A stretch of 62,848 nt of DNA, filler included, from Stramenopiles sp. TOSAG23-3 (Eukaryota), in the NCBI GenBank assembly GCA_900128585.1. It is 35 parts of 35 records of this genome, joined end to end, with 100 filler letters (N's around TTAATTAATTAA, not from the genome) between each part and the next. Parts side by side here need not be neighbours in the genome. Positions count along the whole stretch, not along the records: positions 44,022 to 45,185 come from LT646350.1; positions 45,286 to 46,448 come from LT646351.1; positions 46,549 to 47,711 come from LT646352.1; positions 47,812 to 48,974 come from LT646353.1; positions 49,075 to 50,237 come from LT646354.1; positions 50,338 to 51,500 come from LT646355.1; positions 51,601 to 52,762 come from LT646356.1; positions 52,863 to 54,024 come from LT646357.1; 27 more parts are not named here. One strand, written 5' to 3'. Positions 44,691 through 55,386 of the stretch are shown here, piece by piece; position 1 is the first letter of the stretch, and each line of letters opens with the position of its first letter. The position numbers and the translations under genes were made by a program. The notes under the pieces are model-generated. The model did not search any database, was not told the origin of the DNA, and saw only the letters and a list, made by a program, of their open reading frames with translations.

Positions 44691-45286
44691 GGACTCTGGA
44701 CTGCCCGTTATATTTTTTGTATTTGTTTTATTATTTAGTTAATACTATAATTGTTACATTTAAATAGGTAAACATATTTATTTTATAATACAATAACAGA
44801 ACAGGAAAACATTACTCAAAATCTCTTTATTTAAGTATGTACCGTACCATACTACTACAGCCTTGAATATAAATGTTGATTGAAATAAAGAAATAAAAAC
44901 AAATACGAGGAGGAGAAGAGCCTGTACGTACATCAAGACAGCAGGAGGTAAAAAATATTATAGATATAATGAATGCATACTGAATGCTTACCAATGGTAT
45001 GACGCTATAAAGTAGCGGTTGAAATTAAATACTTCTTCTTCATCATTCATTAATTATTTATTATTGACATTTGACAACGTTTACTTTTTTGTTTTCCTTC
45101 TGGTTAATTCATTCGATATGTAAAGTTAAAAAAAATTTGGGTGAGTGGAGCGGGGTGGATAAGTATTTACAGATTTAATACATCCNNNNNNNNNNNNNNN
45201 NNNNNNNNNNNNNNNNNNNNNNNNNNNNNTTAATTAATTAANNNNNNNNNNNNNNNNNNNNNNNNNNNNNNNNNNNNNNNNNNNNT

Positions 45287-46300
45287 GCAGTTGTATGGAT
45301 CGTGGTGTTGTGTTTGTCGTGCGGGTTCATTGGCGGTTCGGCGCTGCTGTCCAAGAAAGGGACGTTGCAGCATGGCGCTTCTTTGCTGATGGCCAACGAG
45401 GCCCAACACGAAGAGAACAAGAACGTCGATGATGGCGAGACTCCCTCCATCGGTGCCTTGGAGCATGTACTAGACATGTTGACGGGGATGAAACGTAGAC
45501 TGAGGGAGGAGCAGACGGCAGACGAAGGTAGCAATTTGGGGCGCGCCAAGCGTTGCAAGAAGGAGCGGGTGAAGAAAGAAAAGGCAGTTAAAGAAGCGAC
45601 GGACGAGATTTCGTCCCTTGTCGACGACCACAAATACATGGAATTAATTAAAAGCATAGGCGCAGCCACGAAAGTTGCCATGAAGCACTACGACGCTGCG
45701 AACGAGAGAGCGAAAGCCGTTTCCCCAACCGTCGCGACGGAGAAGCAAGTCGTGGACGCATTGAACGCCAAGATTCGGGCAAAGCAGGAAAAGAGCAGCA
45801 TTATGGACGACCACCTGAAAACGTTTGCAAACAAGGTTGGTTCGCCATCCGTGGGAAAGCTTCTGAGCCAGTTCAAGGGAGACTTGAAAACGACCGAAGA
45901 GGGCGACGTGGTCGCGTTAAAGGCGGAATTGAAGAAGGCCGCCCAAGCCTACAACAAATCCCGAACCGAACTAGATTCTCACGAACACACGATGAAGGTC
46001 GCGTTGAAGGCAGTCGAAGAAGCCAACCGAGCCTCCAAGCTGATGAAGAACAGGCACGACACGTCCATCCCTCGCCGCCACGAATTGTTAGACATTGTGA
46101 GGGATAACTCGGACGATTTAAAGCTCCTAAACGGCGAGTGCGAGTCCAAAAAGATCGAGTTCCTTCAACGCCACCAGTCAAGAAAGGAAGAGCTTCAGAC
46201 GATGGGGTCATTGGTACAGTTTCTGCACCAGCAACTGAGCGTGCAAAGGCAAAACATGGCCGACGCGGTGGAAATGATGAAATCTGGTAACATAAACTGA
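45287..46300 (+). CDS. Coiled-coil protein with N-terminal signal/anchor, 5'-truncated
   Basis: Hydrophobic AVVWIVVLCLSCGFIGG followed by ~300 aa of heptads to TGA. Confidence 0.75.
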   Translation, partial: AVVWIVVLCLSCGFIGGSALLSKKGTLQHGASLLMANEAQHEENKNVDDGETPSIGALEHVLDMLTGMKRRLREEQTADEGSNLGRAKRCKKERVKKEKAVKEATDEISSLVDDHKYMELIKSIGAATKVAMKHYDAANERAKAVSPTVATEKQVVDALNAKIRAKQEKSSIMDDHLKTFANKVGSPSVGKLLSQFKGDLKTTEEGDVVALKAELKKAAQAYNKSRTELDSHEHTMKVALKAVEEANRASKLMKNRHDTSIPRRHELLDIVRDNSDDLKLLNGECESKKIEFLQRHQSRKEELQTMGSLVQFLHQQLSVQRQNMADAVEMMKSGNIN

Positions 46301-46377
46301 TATACAAATATTAAGATTTTTATAAACAATTTTAGAGTCTTGAAGCAGATGATTACTATCTTATCATATGACACGGA

Positions 46378-46408
46378 CATCTAAAAAACAATAGTCGCTG
46401 TCTCAAAC
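46378..46408 (+). repeat. Dispersed motif B, copy 2
   Basis: CATCTAAAAAACAATAGTCGCTGTCTCAAAC, 77 bp after a stop codon. Confidence 0.7.
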
Positions 46409-46548
46409 AATTTTATGATAGTTTGAATGATGAATACCAGAAGTTTTANNNNNNNNNNNNNNNNNNNNNNNNNNNNNNNNNNNNNNNNNNNNTTAATTAA
46501 TTAANNNNNNNNNNNNNNNNNNNNNNNNNNNNNNNNNNNNNNNNNNNN

Positions 46549-47711
46549 ATGACACTGTACCGGCATTACTTTGACGAAAAAGCAAATGCATGGGATGACA
46601 TTGTGATTGACCGCTACGCCGCAGTTCTCCAGCTGTTGTCCGTGGGTGAATTTTACTACGTTTGCGTGATGTACTTTCGATGCGAACAAGCGACACGCCC
46701 GAATTCTGGCTGGACGTATCCCAACGACCCGCCGCCTCGGGCTGTTTACATTTGTCCACAGTGGTACTCATTACCCGAAATTGACGGAGTCGACTCAAAC
46801 CACAAGGCAGCTACAATTGTACACGAGCTGCTGCACTTTTTCGGAGCACAGGACTATCCCAATGATCCCCTTGACTCTTTTGAAAACACGCGTCGTTATG
46901 CTCAACACGAGCCATGGATTGCGAAATCACGCGCAGAAAATTACGAGGACCTACTTGTTGATCCCTACACCAAAAATGAACAGTGGCCACGGGGCACGGA
47001 CGAGTTTGTACCGGCTCCGTTCCATGGTAACTGCATTCGGCGCAGCACTCCAGCAAAGCGAATGGGACAACACTACATATACTTGGACCGACACAGGCCC
47101 ACGTGTCCTCGTGGCTATGGTATGACCCGTGTGCAGTTGAAGCGTGCAGGTAGAACGCAGATGAGCTTCTACGAGCTTGAATGTTGTCAACCGTTGCCAG
47201 TACAAGATGGCATTCTTGACGAAAACCCTACAACACACTTTACCGATTGGACGTCAGGACCTGTGTCATGGCTACCCGAGCCGTTGGAACTCCCACGTGA
47301 CCCTTGGGCAAAAGAGCTGTCGCCTCGAGAAATGTCATGTCGACGGGACGGAAACGGTGTACTGCACTCATTTCAGCTCCAGCGGCATGAGTCTGGAAAT
47401 AAGTTTCGATACTATTTTACGTGTCAAAAAACGGCACAAGAGCCTCTCACGAGGTGCCTAAGTCGCTCTACACCAGCAAACTATGGAGCAGGTTCCGGAC
47501 CGTTTTCTCATCAATTGGGATTTGGGCATAATCTTGGATTTCCGACTCACTTAGAGTATGGTGCTCCCGCAGGAGTTCCCTCTTACATGCTCCTCGGCTT
47601 GCATAACATCCGGTGCTCACCTGGCAGTTTTCTTACCGAGTGAGTGACCCTTGCGCTTATTGTACGTGACACAAACCCTTACATTGCGCGCAATCCACAG
47701 GATACGCTTAG
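46549..47711 (+). CDS. M35 (aspzincin/deuterolysin-like) zinc metalloprotease with C-terminal Cys repeats; fragment, spliced
   Basis: VYICPQW...KAATIVHELLHFFGAQDY...AQHEP..AKSRAENYE (HExxH + GxxD + NA(D/E)NYE-like). Repeats YLDRHRPTCP.GYGMTRVQL and LGLHNIRCSPGSFLTEIRL. Confidence 0.8.
47640..47700 (+). other. 61-bp GT-AG spliceosomal intron
   Basis: GA|GTGAGT...CCACAG|G. Removing it deletes the TGA and restores FLTEIRL, which parallels the earlier repeat MTRVQL. Confidence 0.72.
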
Positions 47712-48224
47712 NNNNNNNNNNNNNNNNNNNNNNNNNNNNNNNNNNNNNNNNNNNNTTAATTAATTAANNNNNNNNNNNNNNNNNNNNNNNNNNNNNNNNN
47801 NNNNNNNNNNNAGGGGTGTCAGATGTGGAAATATAATACCCTGGCATGTTCAGAGAATAATTTTTCTTACACACACGAAATATAAACTCTTACAAGAAAA
47901 AATCTCTATATAGAGTACGTTTTCAACCAGTACACTTCGTAATTTATTGCATCTTTTAGGACGTTCGCCCGCACACGTATTTAAAGTTAATCGAATAAGG
48001 ACCGGCGGTACGAACGCCCACAGTTTGTTAAAAAAAAAACTTATCATGATATTATATCATATGGCATAAAGAATGAAAATATATTTACAACACACCTCTG
48101 TTTTTTTTTTTAATTCTTATATTTTTCTAAAAGAAGGCGAGAGGGGCAACGCGCCGCAATGCCTCTCAAATCATTTACATATTACACTACCATGAAAATA
48201 GAGTATGCCAAGACCTCCGGCGAT

Positions 48225-48974
48225 TCAACAGGACACCAAGATGGCCTCTGGTACTTGGTCGAACGGGGTCTGGTACTCAAAGTAATGCTTTGCCATGTTT
48301 CGTCGTCGTCGCCGGACCATCCGTTTCCTGTATGGGTAGTTGATTATTTTAACCAAGAGCTCGAGGGAGCGGCGATCTACGTACCCGGCTCGGCCCAGGG
48401 CGGGAGAGGTCGCCACGACATGCTGTTTCTGCCTGTCGGCGACGACCACCGCGCTCTTCACGGGCTCCCTCCTCCTCCCGCAGCCCTTGCTCCGCCCCCA
48501 GATGTACTGCCCCACCTTCAGAAAGGCCTCCCGGGGGATCCCGTTGTTCCCGTGCTCCCGCTGCTTCCTGGTGTTCGCTATCTCCTCCGCAACGTTGATT
48601 TTGCACAACGGGCACGTGTTGGTCTGTATGAAGGGGTACCCGGTGGTCCCGAGGAGCCAGGTGTCGGCGCATCCTTTGTGAAAGACGTGGCCGCAGGGAA
48701 GGAGGCGCAGGCTCTCGCCCTCCTCGTAGTCCGACTTGCAGATGGCGCAGCACGTCTGGCCCTCCTGGACCGTCGTCGTTCGCATGAGGAGGCTGAGGAT
48801 GCCGGCGCTCGCCTGCTTGGTCCTGGTGTAACTAATGAGCGGCAGCTCGTTCAGCAGGCTGTGGGACAGGTGCCGCTTCTTCCATATTTCGTTTATGACC
48901 CCGATCCGGGTGACGGCGGCGTGGGCAGGGGTGTCGCGGAGAAGGTCAAAGAGGCCACTGTTGTACCGCCCCCC
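48225..48974 (-). CDS. RING-H2 E3 ubiquitin ligase, 5'-truncated
   Basis: CAICKSDYEEGESLRLLPCGHVFHKGCADTWL...CPLCK; frame open to the contig end. Confidence 0.9.
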   Translation of the reverse strand, partial: GGRYNSGLFDLLRDTPAHAAVTRIGVINEIWKKRHLSHSLLNELPLISYTRTKQASAGILSLLMRTTTVQEGQTCCAICKSDYEEGESLRLLPCGHVFHKGCADTWLLGTTGYPFIQTNTCPLCKINVAEEIANTRKQREHGNNGIPREAFLKVGQYIWGRSKGCGRRREPVKSAVVVADRQKQHVVATSPALGRAGYVDRRSLELLVKIINYPYRKRMVRRRRRNMAKHYFEYQTPFDQVPEAILVSC

Positions 48975-49076
48975 NNNNNNNNNNNNNNNNNNNNNNNNNN
49001 NNNNNNNNNNNNNNNNNNTTAATTAATTAANNNNNNNNNNNNNNNNNNNNNNNNNNNNNNNNNNNNNNNNNNNNAA

Positions 49077-49352
49077 TGGCCTATTCCCGCTTTTCTCAGC
49101 GCTACCTTCAGTTGTGTCTTTGTGAAACACTCCGTCTGCCTGTCTTCCATATTGGAGAACGCGCAAAATGGAATGTATGGAAACCACCTGGACAAATGCG
49201 TTTCGGATCAATTTTACCGAGATTTGAACCTTGTTTGGTATAATTGCATGCTTTACAACAAAGATGGATCGTTCATTTGCCAGCTTGCGAAGCGCATGAA
49301 AATCAAATGTGACTTGTTGCTAAAATCATACGACAAGATGAACGCTAAATGA
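49077..49352 (+). CDS. Bromodomain C-terminal fragment (possibly degenerate)
   Basis: VKHSVCLSSI...Y...FYRDLNLVWYNCMLYNKDGSFICQLAKRM. Confidence 0.7.
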   Translation, partial: WPIPAFLSATFSCVFVKHSVCLSSILENAQNGMYGNHLDKCVSDQFYRDLNLVWYNCMLYNKDGSFICQLAKRMKIKCDLLLKSYDKMNAK

Positions 49353-49753
49353 TAATTGTGCAAGTCATAAATGTTTTAAATACCTTAAAACGTCACAATT
49401 TCCCTTCCTCATGTTTTTGAATTTGCTATTCAATGCTATTCCTATATAATTATTAATACAAATAATTACTTTACTAAATCTGATGATGATGATGATATAT
49501 TACACCACCCCACCACATACAACACGAAGAAAGAAAAAAAAAGAAGAGAAGAAAAAACGTTGTAACTTATTAATTCAAACAACAAAGAAAGAAGAAAAGG
49601 TTGGTTCAATCTTTTCGATAGAAGATTTAATGATTGCAATCATTTAAAATCGTTCAAGTTTGCGGTTGGACTAGGACATATCAACAAAATTTGCCCGAAG
49701 AATATTGTATTGTTGGAGATTTCGCTTCAACCAATCTCAACCCAACCGTCAAA

Positions 49754-50237
49754 ATGACAACGAGAAACGTATTAAGAACTTTAGGGGAGCCAGTGAATAG
49801 TATCACGAACGCACCGGTGTCGCAGCCAAAAGTAATTGTTCGCGACTCGGCCGATTTGCACACCCTGCGGAGGGCTTTCCAAGGCGTGTACAATGGGATA
49901 TTAAACCGATTGGGCAGCGAAGAATTAAATAGCAGAACTAGGACCGCTTTGTTGCTTCGCTTTTCCCAGTTGGAAAATAGTGTATTTGAAAATGTCCGTA
50001 GGCATACTATCGTCCAAACGGAAGACGAGCGGATTGCACAAGAGCGTGCCCAAAGAGACTCGCAAAGCGACGAAGGTCCAGTAAAAGTAGAGCCGTTCGA
50101 TGTCGCGTTACAAAAGAACGTAGACATAATGGAGGCTAAGCTGCAAGCTTTGGTGAAAGAAGTAGATGATATGCGGAAAAGCATCCCGGGCACGGCGACG
50201 TCAGTGCGGAGTTTTGCTGACGAGTTAGAAAAAGAGG
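49754..50237 (+). CDS. NSL1: Kinetochore MIS12-complex subunit NSL1/Mis14-like, 3'-truncated
   Basis: PKVIVRDSADLHTL at the N-terminus, and VEPFDVALQKNVDIMEAKLQALVKEVDDMRKSIP matching the Mis14 'EPFD..L...V..L......V...R...P' pattern. Confidence 0.6.
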
Positions 50238-50541
50238 NNNNNNNNNNNNNNNNNNNNNNNNNNNNNNNNNNNNNNNNNNNNTTAATTAATTAANNNNNNN
50301 NNNNNNNNNNNNNNNNNNNNNNNNNNNNNNNNNNNNNTACTACTTCTTGATAAAAAAAAGAGACGATAAGAAGTATTGGTAAGTAGGAGGAGGTTCGTTC
50401 TGTTGATCAATGAAGAAAAGAACTGAAATGGGAAGAAAGAAACTATTCACCACATTTACTAATACTAATTTTACCATTAAATATTTCAATGCAATTGTAA
50501 ATTATAAAAGGCTTGTAAAATTCTCATCAAAAATATACGAC

Positions 50542-51087
50542 ATGAAGTGCGTTCAAACAATCATAGGCCTTGCAATAACCCTTTCCATCGTATCCTTGAA
50601 AAATGTTGAAGGGCGACGGTCCTTCCGAACTGGTATTTCAGGAAGCATAGTCACGGACGACAAAAACGAACACTCCGTCATGTGCCCAACCACAATTAAC
50701 GGGTGCCGACAAAAATGCCTTCACAACCCTTGCTTTTTTCAGTATCAGCGGGAAAACATAAAAAAATACAGCACTCTTACACTTGTACCGTCTTCTGTGC
50801 ATTTTGAGAGGAAACCTCTAGTTACAAAATGCAAATGTATCTGTGAAAGCGTTGAGGCAGACGGTACCCCTTTCACCGAAGATTTTCGTCCAGTCACCAA
50901 CCCTATCCCTTACCAATGCAGTGAGGAACACTCTTACAGGGGGAATCCTATGAAATTCTTCGAGAGGCCAAGGGGTAAGACTCGGAAGGGTGAGGAGGAT
51001 ATGGTTTTACCAAAGAAATATTGCAAGAACATACTTCCACGAGAGGGTGAAGATTTGAACGCCCTGGCGTGTACGATACCCCGTTGA
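50542..51087 (+). CDS. Secreted cysteine-rich protein, possibly continuing by frameshift into 51137-51376
   Basis: Signal peptide MKCVQTIIGLAITLSIVSLKNVEG; about 10 Cys. Confidence 0.68.
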   Translation: MKCVQTIIGLAITLSIVSLKNVEGRRSFRTGISGSIVTDDKNEHSVMCPTTINGCRQKCLHNPCFFQYQRENIKKYSTLTLVPSSVHFERKPLVTKCKCICESVEADGTPFTEDFRPVTNPIPYQCSEEHSYRGNPMKFFERPRGKTRKGEEDMVLPKKYCKNILPREGEDLNALACTIPR

Positions 51088-51136
51088 CAAAAAAACAATT
51101 CTCTGTACGGACCACATTCAAAACCCTTCTTTTAAT

Positions 51137-51376
51137 TTGATGATGGAAAAAAGAAAGGGATTCCTCGATTCGATTCCTCGTACGAGCCCTGAGGTGTTTC
51201 AACGAATGGTTGATGAAACATATGAGTTGGAAGAACGAATAGATAAACTAAAAGAAGAGTTAAATAATCCAAAAACGCTTTATGGAAAGGACGTGCTCGT
51301 AGAAGAACTACAACTGTTGAAAAAACAATTGGCTGGAATAGAAGATGTCCTGTATACTTCAAGACAAGTAGAATAG
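51137..51376 (+). CDS. Short coiled-coil ORF, probably the out-of-frame 3' part of the upstream gene
   Basis: Frame open upstream to ~51059; heptad pattern ELEERIDKLKEEL. Confidence 0.5.
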   Translation: MMMEKRKGFLDSIPRTSPEVFQRMVDETYELEERIDKLKEELNNPKTLYGKDVLVEELQLLKKQLAGIEDVLYTSRQVE

Positions 51377-51421
51377 GTTTTTGGATAATTTTACACTCAA
51401 TAATAGCTAATGATGTTTCAT

Positions 51422-51500
51422 ACTCGGAAGGGTGAGGAGGATATGGTTTTACCAAAGAAATATTGCAAGAACATACTTCCACGAGAGGGTGAAGATTTGA
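51422..51500 (+). repeat. 79-bp exact direct repeat of 50980-51058 at contig end
   Basis: ACTCGGAAGGGTGAGG...GAAGATTTGA is identical in both places. Confidence 0.92.
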
Positions 51501-51600
51501 NNNNNNNNNNNNNNNNNNNNNNNNNNNNNNNNNNNNNNNNNNNNTTAATTAATTAANNNNNNNNNNNNNNNNNNNNNNNNNNNNNNNNNNNNNNNNNNNN

Positions 51601-52762
51601 AAAGTGAAATACATTTCTCTTGAGCAACAGCTCTACTGCCTTTTCGACATCCCCGTCACTTTTCGTCAGGGCAGCAAAAGCGTCTTCTTCATCGCGAAAC
51701 CCCATGCCTCTTAGCTGAGCCAGTTCGGCACCATATTGCTTTATGCCTGGCATTTCGATCTTCAAATCTTGAAATAATTGTCTAACAGAGTTGTTCTTTG
51801 ACAGTTGGGTTTTCATATTTTCTGAAAAGGAGTTCCACGGCGCTCTTAGTTTTACGCGGTTTTGCTTGCCAACTATTTTTTTCCATAATGATTCTGTCAC
51901 CCAAACGTCTTTAGATGGGTTTAAGTCACAATTGGCAACGTGGGCATGGGCGTCAGTCCCGCAATCAACCTGGCAAAGCGCGCAAAAATGAGCACCGCAC
52001 CTGCATGTGAGAGCAGCGCAACCATTGTAGTCGACAAAGGCCGCATGACACTTCGGGCATCGCAGGTTCAAAACATCTTCCAACTCTTTTCGTTTCGCCA
52101 TTATTTGGAGCTCTTCGTAAGATTTCTTCATCAGCCGCTTTAAATCCTCTTCGTGGGTAGCGTTCAGTTCCTGGGCAACTTCAGCTTCGATAATATTTCG
52201 CCACTTTGATACGTACTTTTCATATACATCAGTGGAGACAAGATTCGCGATAAACTGAGGTGTGTAGGGCTCGCAACTACACCTATTCTTGTTGAAACAC
52301 CTAATTTGGCGGTTCTTCAACGTCAATTTTTCGTTTGCAACGTAAAGCTCGAAGCAGACGCTACAAAGACAACCACTACCCGAGGGCGCGGATTCACATA
52401 TCACCATTTTATTTGAGAATTGTTCCATGCACGAGTTGCATTCTCGAGCATTTAGAATGTTGACTAGTTCCTGCATCTCCGCAAAGACTTGCCTTGCTGT
52501 TGGACGATTTTCAGGACTTGGATCTACCATGCAGTGGATTAGGCTGTGAACACGTGGAAGGCAGCCTTCTCGTGATTTAAGCATTTCAAGCGCTGCTTTG
52601 GAGTCTACTCTGCCACTTTGGCAAAGTATTGGGATATTGGCAGGCTCCCCGCCGCAGCCCAGAATATCCAACATAGTGATTCCCAAAGAGAAAACGTCCC
52701 TTTCGTTTGTTGATGCACTTTCTGGAGGCATGTACAGCCATGAGCCCGCGTTCCCTTTAGTC
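51601..52762 (-). CDS. Protein kinase C-lobe + RING + Rcat/IBR-type zinc finger + UBA fusion, fragment
   Basis: GSWLYMPPE, DVFSLGI, DPSPENRPTA (kinase subdomains VIII-XI). CNSC...CLCSVC...IRC. RCPKCHAAFVDYNGCAALTCRCGAHFCALC. QLRGMGF...AALTKSDGDVEKAVELL. Confidence 0.85.
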
Positions 52763-52862
52763 NNNNNNNNNNNNNNNNNNNNNNNNNNNNNNNNNNNNNN
52801 NNNNNNTTAATTAATTAANNNNNNNNNNNNNNNNNNNNNNNNNNNNNNNNNNNNNNNNNNNN

Positions 52863-54024
52863 AAGGCCGACGAGTACGTTGCAAGCGGTGGGCTTAAGCG
52901 GGCTGGGGAAGAGACTAACCCCCGCTTGGAAAAGGCAACCCAACTTTGCACTGTTTCTCAATTTCCGACTTGGCTTTGTGAACGAGCTTTGGAGCTGAAT
53001 GAAGATGAACCCGAACGTGCTTACGAGTGGCTCAGCCAAGAAGACAATGGAAAACGTTACCAGGCATTGTATAAACAGAACGAGGGCTCTCATCGTGAGG
53101 ACGCCCGCAAAGTTGCAGCTTTCGATGACTCCGCCGCTATCGATGATATGGCAGAGAATGAAGCGCCTATTGCCAATTCAAGCTCCGTTGGTTCGGAGCG
53201 AACTTATGCAGATGCACAGCGATCCGAACTAGAGAAGAAACGTAGACGGGGGGCCCCTTGCGTCGAGTTGAAAAGCTGGGAAAAGAGTCTTCGAAAGGAC
53301 AACATAATCGTGACATTAAATCATACTTGTCCTCGTCTGAAAAGCATGGAGGGGAAAACGGGCACAATTATAGGTAGTAAAGGCAAAGACCAGATTGTTA
53401 AGTTTTTGGATACAGAAACTGGGCACTCCATGTTACGAAAAATTCCTTCTGCTGATTTAAAATTCCATGAAAAATTGTATGGTAGTGTAGTAGAGAATCC
53501 TGCTAATTTGAATAAGTTACTGATGGAGACTGTCAACCTTTTGTGTGTGCGCTACACGAGAAATGCGTTGGTTCACTTGTTGGACAAGCAGCCTGGGGCA
53601 ATATCTTTAACAGCGTTGGGCATCAGCGACCGAACAACATCTGAATTATCCAGTATGCGGAGCACATTTAGAGAGCGAAACGATTCTAGTAATAATAGTG
53701 AAGATCCATCGTCCAGCCAGAGGCAGGGCTCATCCCCGAGCAGCAAAAAAAACGAAAATGAAAGCAGTGACGCACAATCGCCACCAGAGGTTGAACCGGA
53801 TGATATGATGATAGCGATTTTACAGTCAATGGGCTATCCTGATAATGCGGTCCGGCGAGCTTTAAAAGAAACAAAGAACGACGTCCAACGCGCAGCCGAA
53901 TTGTTGATGAACCCAGAGTTTACTAACGCAGCAGAATTGGCAGCTGGCGAAGATGTGTCGGCATCTACCTCAGGTGGCACAGATGAAGGCAAAGCCGGCG
54001 AGGAGGACGAGGAGGCAATGTTGT
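52863..54024 (+). CDS. UBA-domain protein, internal fragment
   Basis: FPTWLCERALELNEDEPERAYEWL and ILQSMGYPDNAVRRALKETKNDVQRAAELL; open across the contig. Confidence 0.8.
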
Positions 54025-54124
54025 NNNNNNNNNNNNNNNNNNNNNNNNNNNNNNNNNNNNNNNNNNNNTTAATTAATTAANNNNNNNNNNNNNNNNNNNN
54101 NNNNNNNNNNNNNNNNNNNNNNNN

Positions 54125-55285
54125 GGCAAATATGCCAGCAAAGGTCGTGACAATAATTACGGAAAAGGGGATCACGGCGTTGCCCCACCATTCGGACGGT
54201 GCCGGAGCGTTCGTGTCCACGGGAATGGCATCGTCCCCGTCTTTTTTCACGTTTCCGTTCAATTCAATCATTGAATCGCCGGATGCGTCGTCTAGGTTGC
54301 CCGTCTCCGCGTCGCTGGACGCGCCAGTGGATTCTAATTCTTCCAAAAACTCTTTCTCCGCAGTAAGGAGAGGTCCAAAATCTCGAGAAGTCGCGATCGA
54401 AATCAAGGGGACCAGAATGGCGAGTACCGGGAAGAAGCGGTACGGAAGTGTCCGGAGAAAGACACTGAAAGGGCCATCGCTCAGCCCAAGTTCCGAGTAC
54501 TGGTCTTTTATGTACCCCAGCTCTACCCCCACCCAACTAGATATGGGACAAATCGACGGCAGGTTTACCCCCACGATGTGAATGATAAACGCCAACTTGG
54601 CAGAGCTGACCCGAACCTCCTTCAGCGACGATTTCAACGTCGACCCGACAATCAATATGCAGGAATAGTCGTCGAAAAAAATGAACATCGACATTGCCCA
54701 CGCGCACATAAGTGCCCGCATTCTCGTAGATGCGAACCCGCGCGCCACTCGAGCGAGCCCTTTCGCCCCCCCACTCTTGTCGACGAGCTCCAAGACCCCT
54801 CCGAGGACCAGCGCAAACAGCACCACTGGGGCATGGCCCCCTTGCGAGACGGCGTTGGAAAAGTACACACTAAACGTGCTGCAGAACGACGTGATCGGGT
54901 TGTACTGGTTTGCAAAGAACGCCCCGCACCAGATTCCAACAAGTAGTGACGGAACCACCTGCTTGGACCACACGGCAAGGACCAGCGTGATCGCAGGGGG
55001 GAGTACGGACAAAAACGGGGGAATCGAAAAGGTCTTGGTCGACACCGTGGCGCTCTCGGTTGGTCCCACGACCTGAACGGACACTACCTGGGCGCCCAGC
55101 GCGTCCGTCGCCAGGTCCGAAACAGTGAAGGACAGGCCGTTTCCAAATCCCGACCCGGGGCTCGTCGCGTTCAAAAAGGCGCCGTGAAAAACCGTGGATT
55201 TCCCCCTGTCCCCTCCATCCTCCTGCGTAGACACCTTGAAACTTACTCTTTCCGGCCAGGATAGGCAAGTGTCCTTGCACTGTAT
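54125..55285 (-). CDS. Na+/H+ antiporter NhaC-family transporter, internal fragment
   Basis: SVLPPAITLVLA..SKQV..SLLVGIW.G, LVDKSGG, IFFDDY..ILIVG, S.AKLAFI, PISSWVGVELGYI, LPYRFFP, RDFGP. Confidence 0.87.
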
Positions 55286-55386
55286 CNNNNNNNNNNNNNN
55301 NNNNNNNNNNNNNNNNNNNNNNNNNNNNNNTTAATTAATTAANNNNNNNNNNNNNNNNNNNNNNNNNNNNNNNNNNNNNNNNNNNN

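Noticed and set aside
47641-47643. TGA readthrough or selenocysteine in the M35 gene
   Set aside because: The TGA lies inside a canonical GTGAGT donor site, so an intron explains it.
48159-49022. 287-aa plus-strand ORF and the many other antisense ORFs in the track
   Set aside because: They shadow well-supported genes on the opposite strand in GC-rich sequence and show no domain signal.
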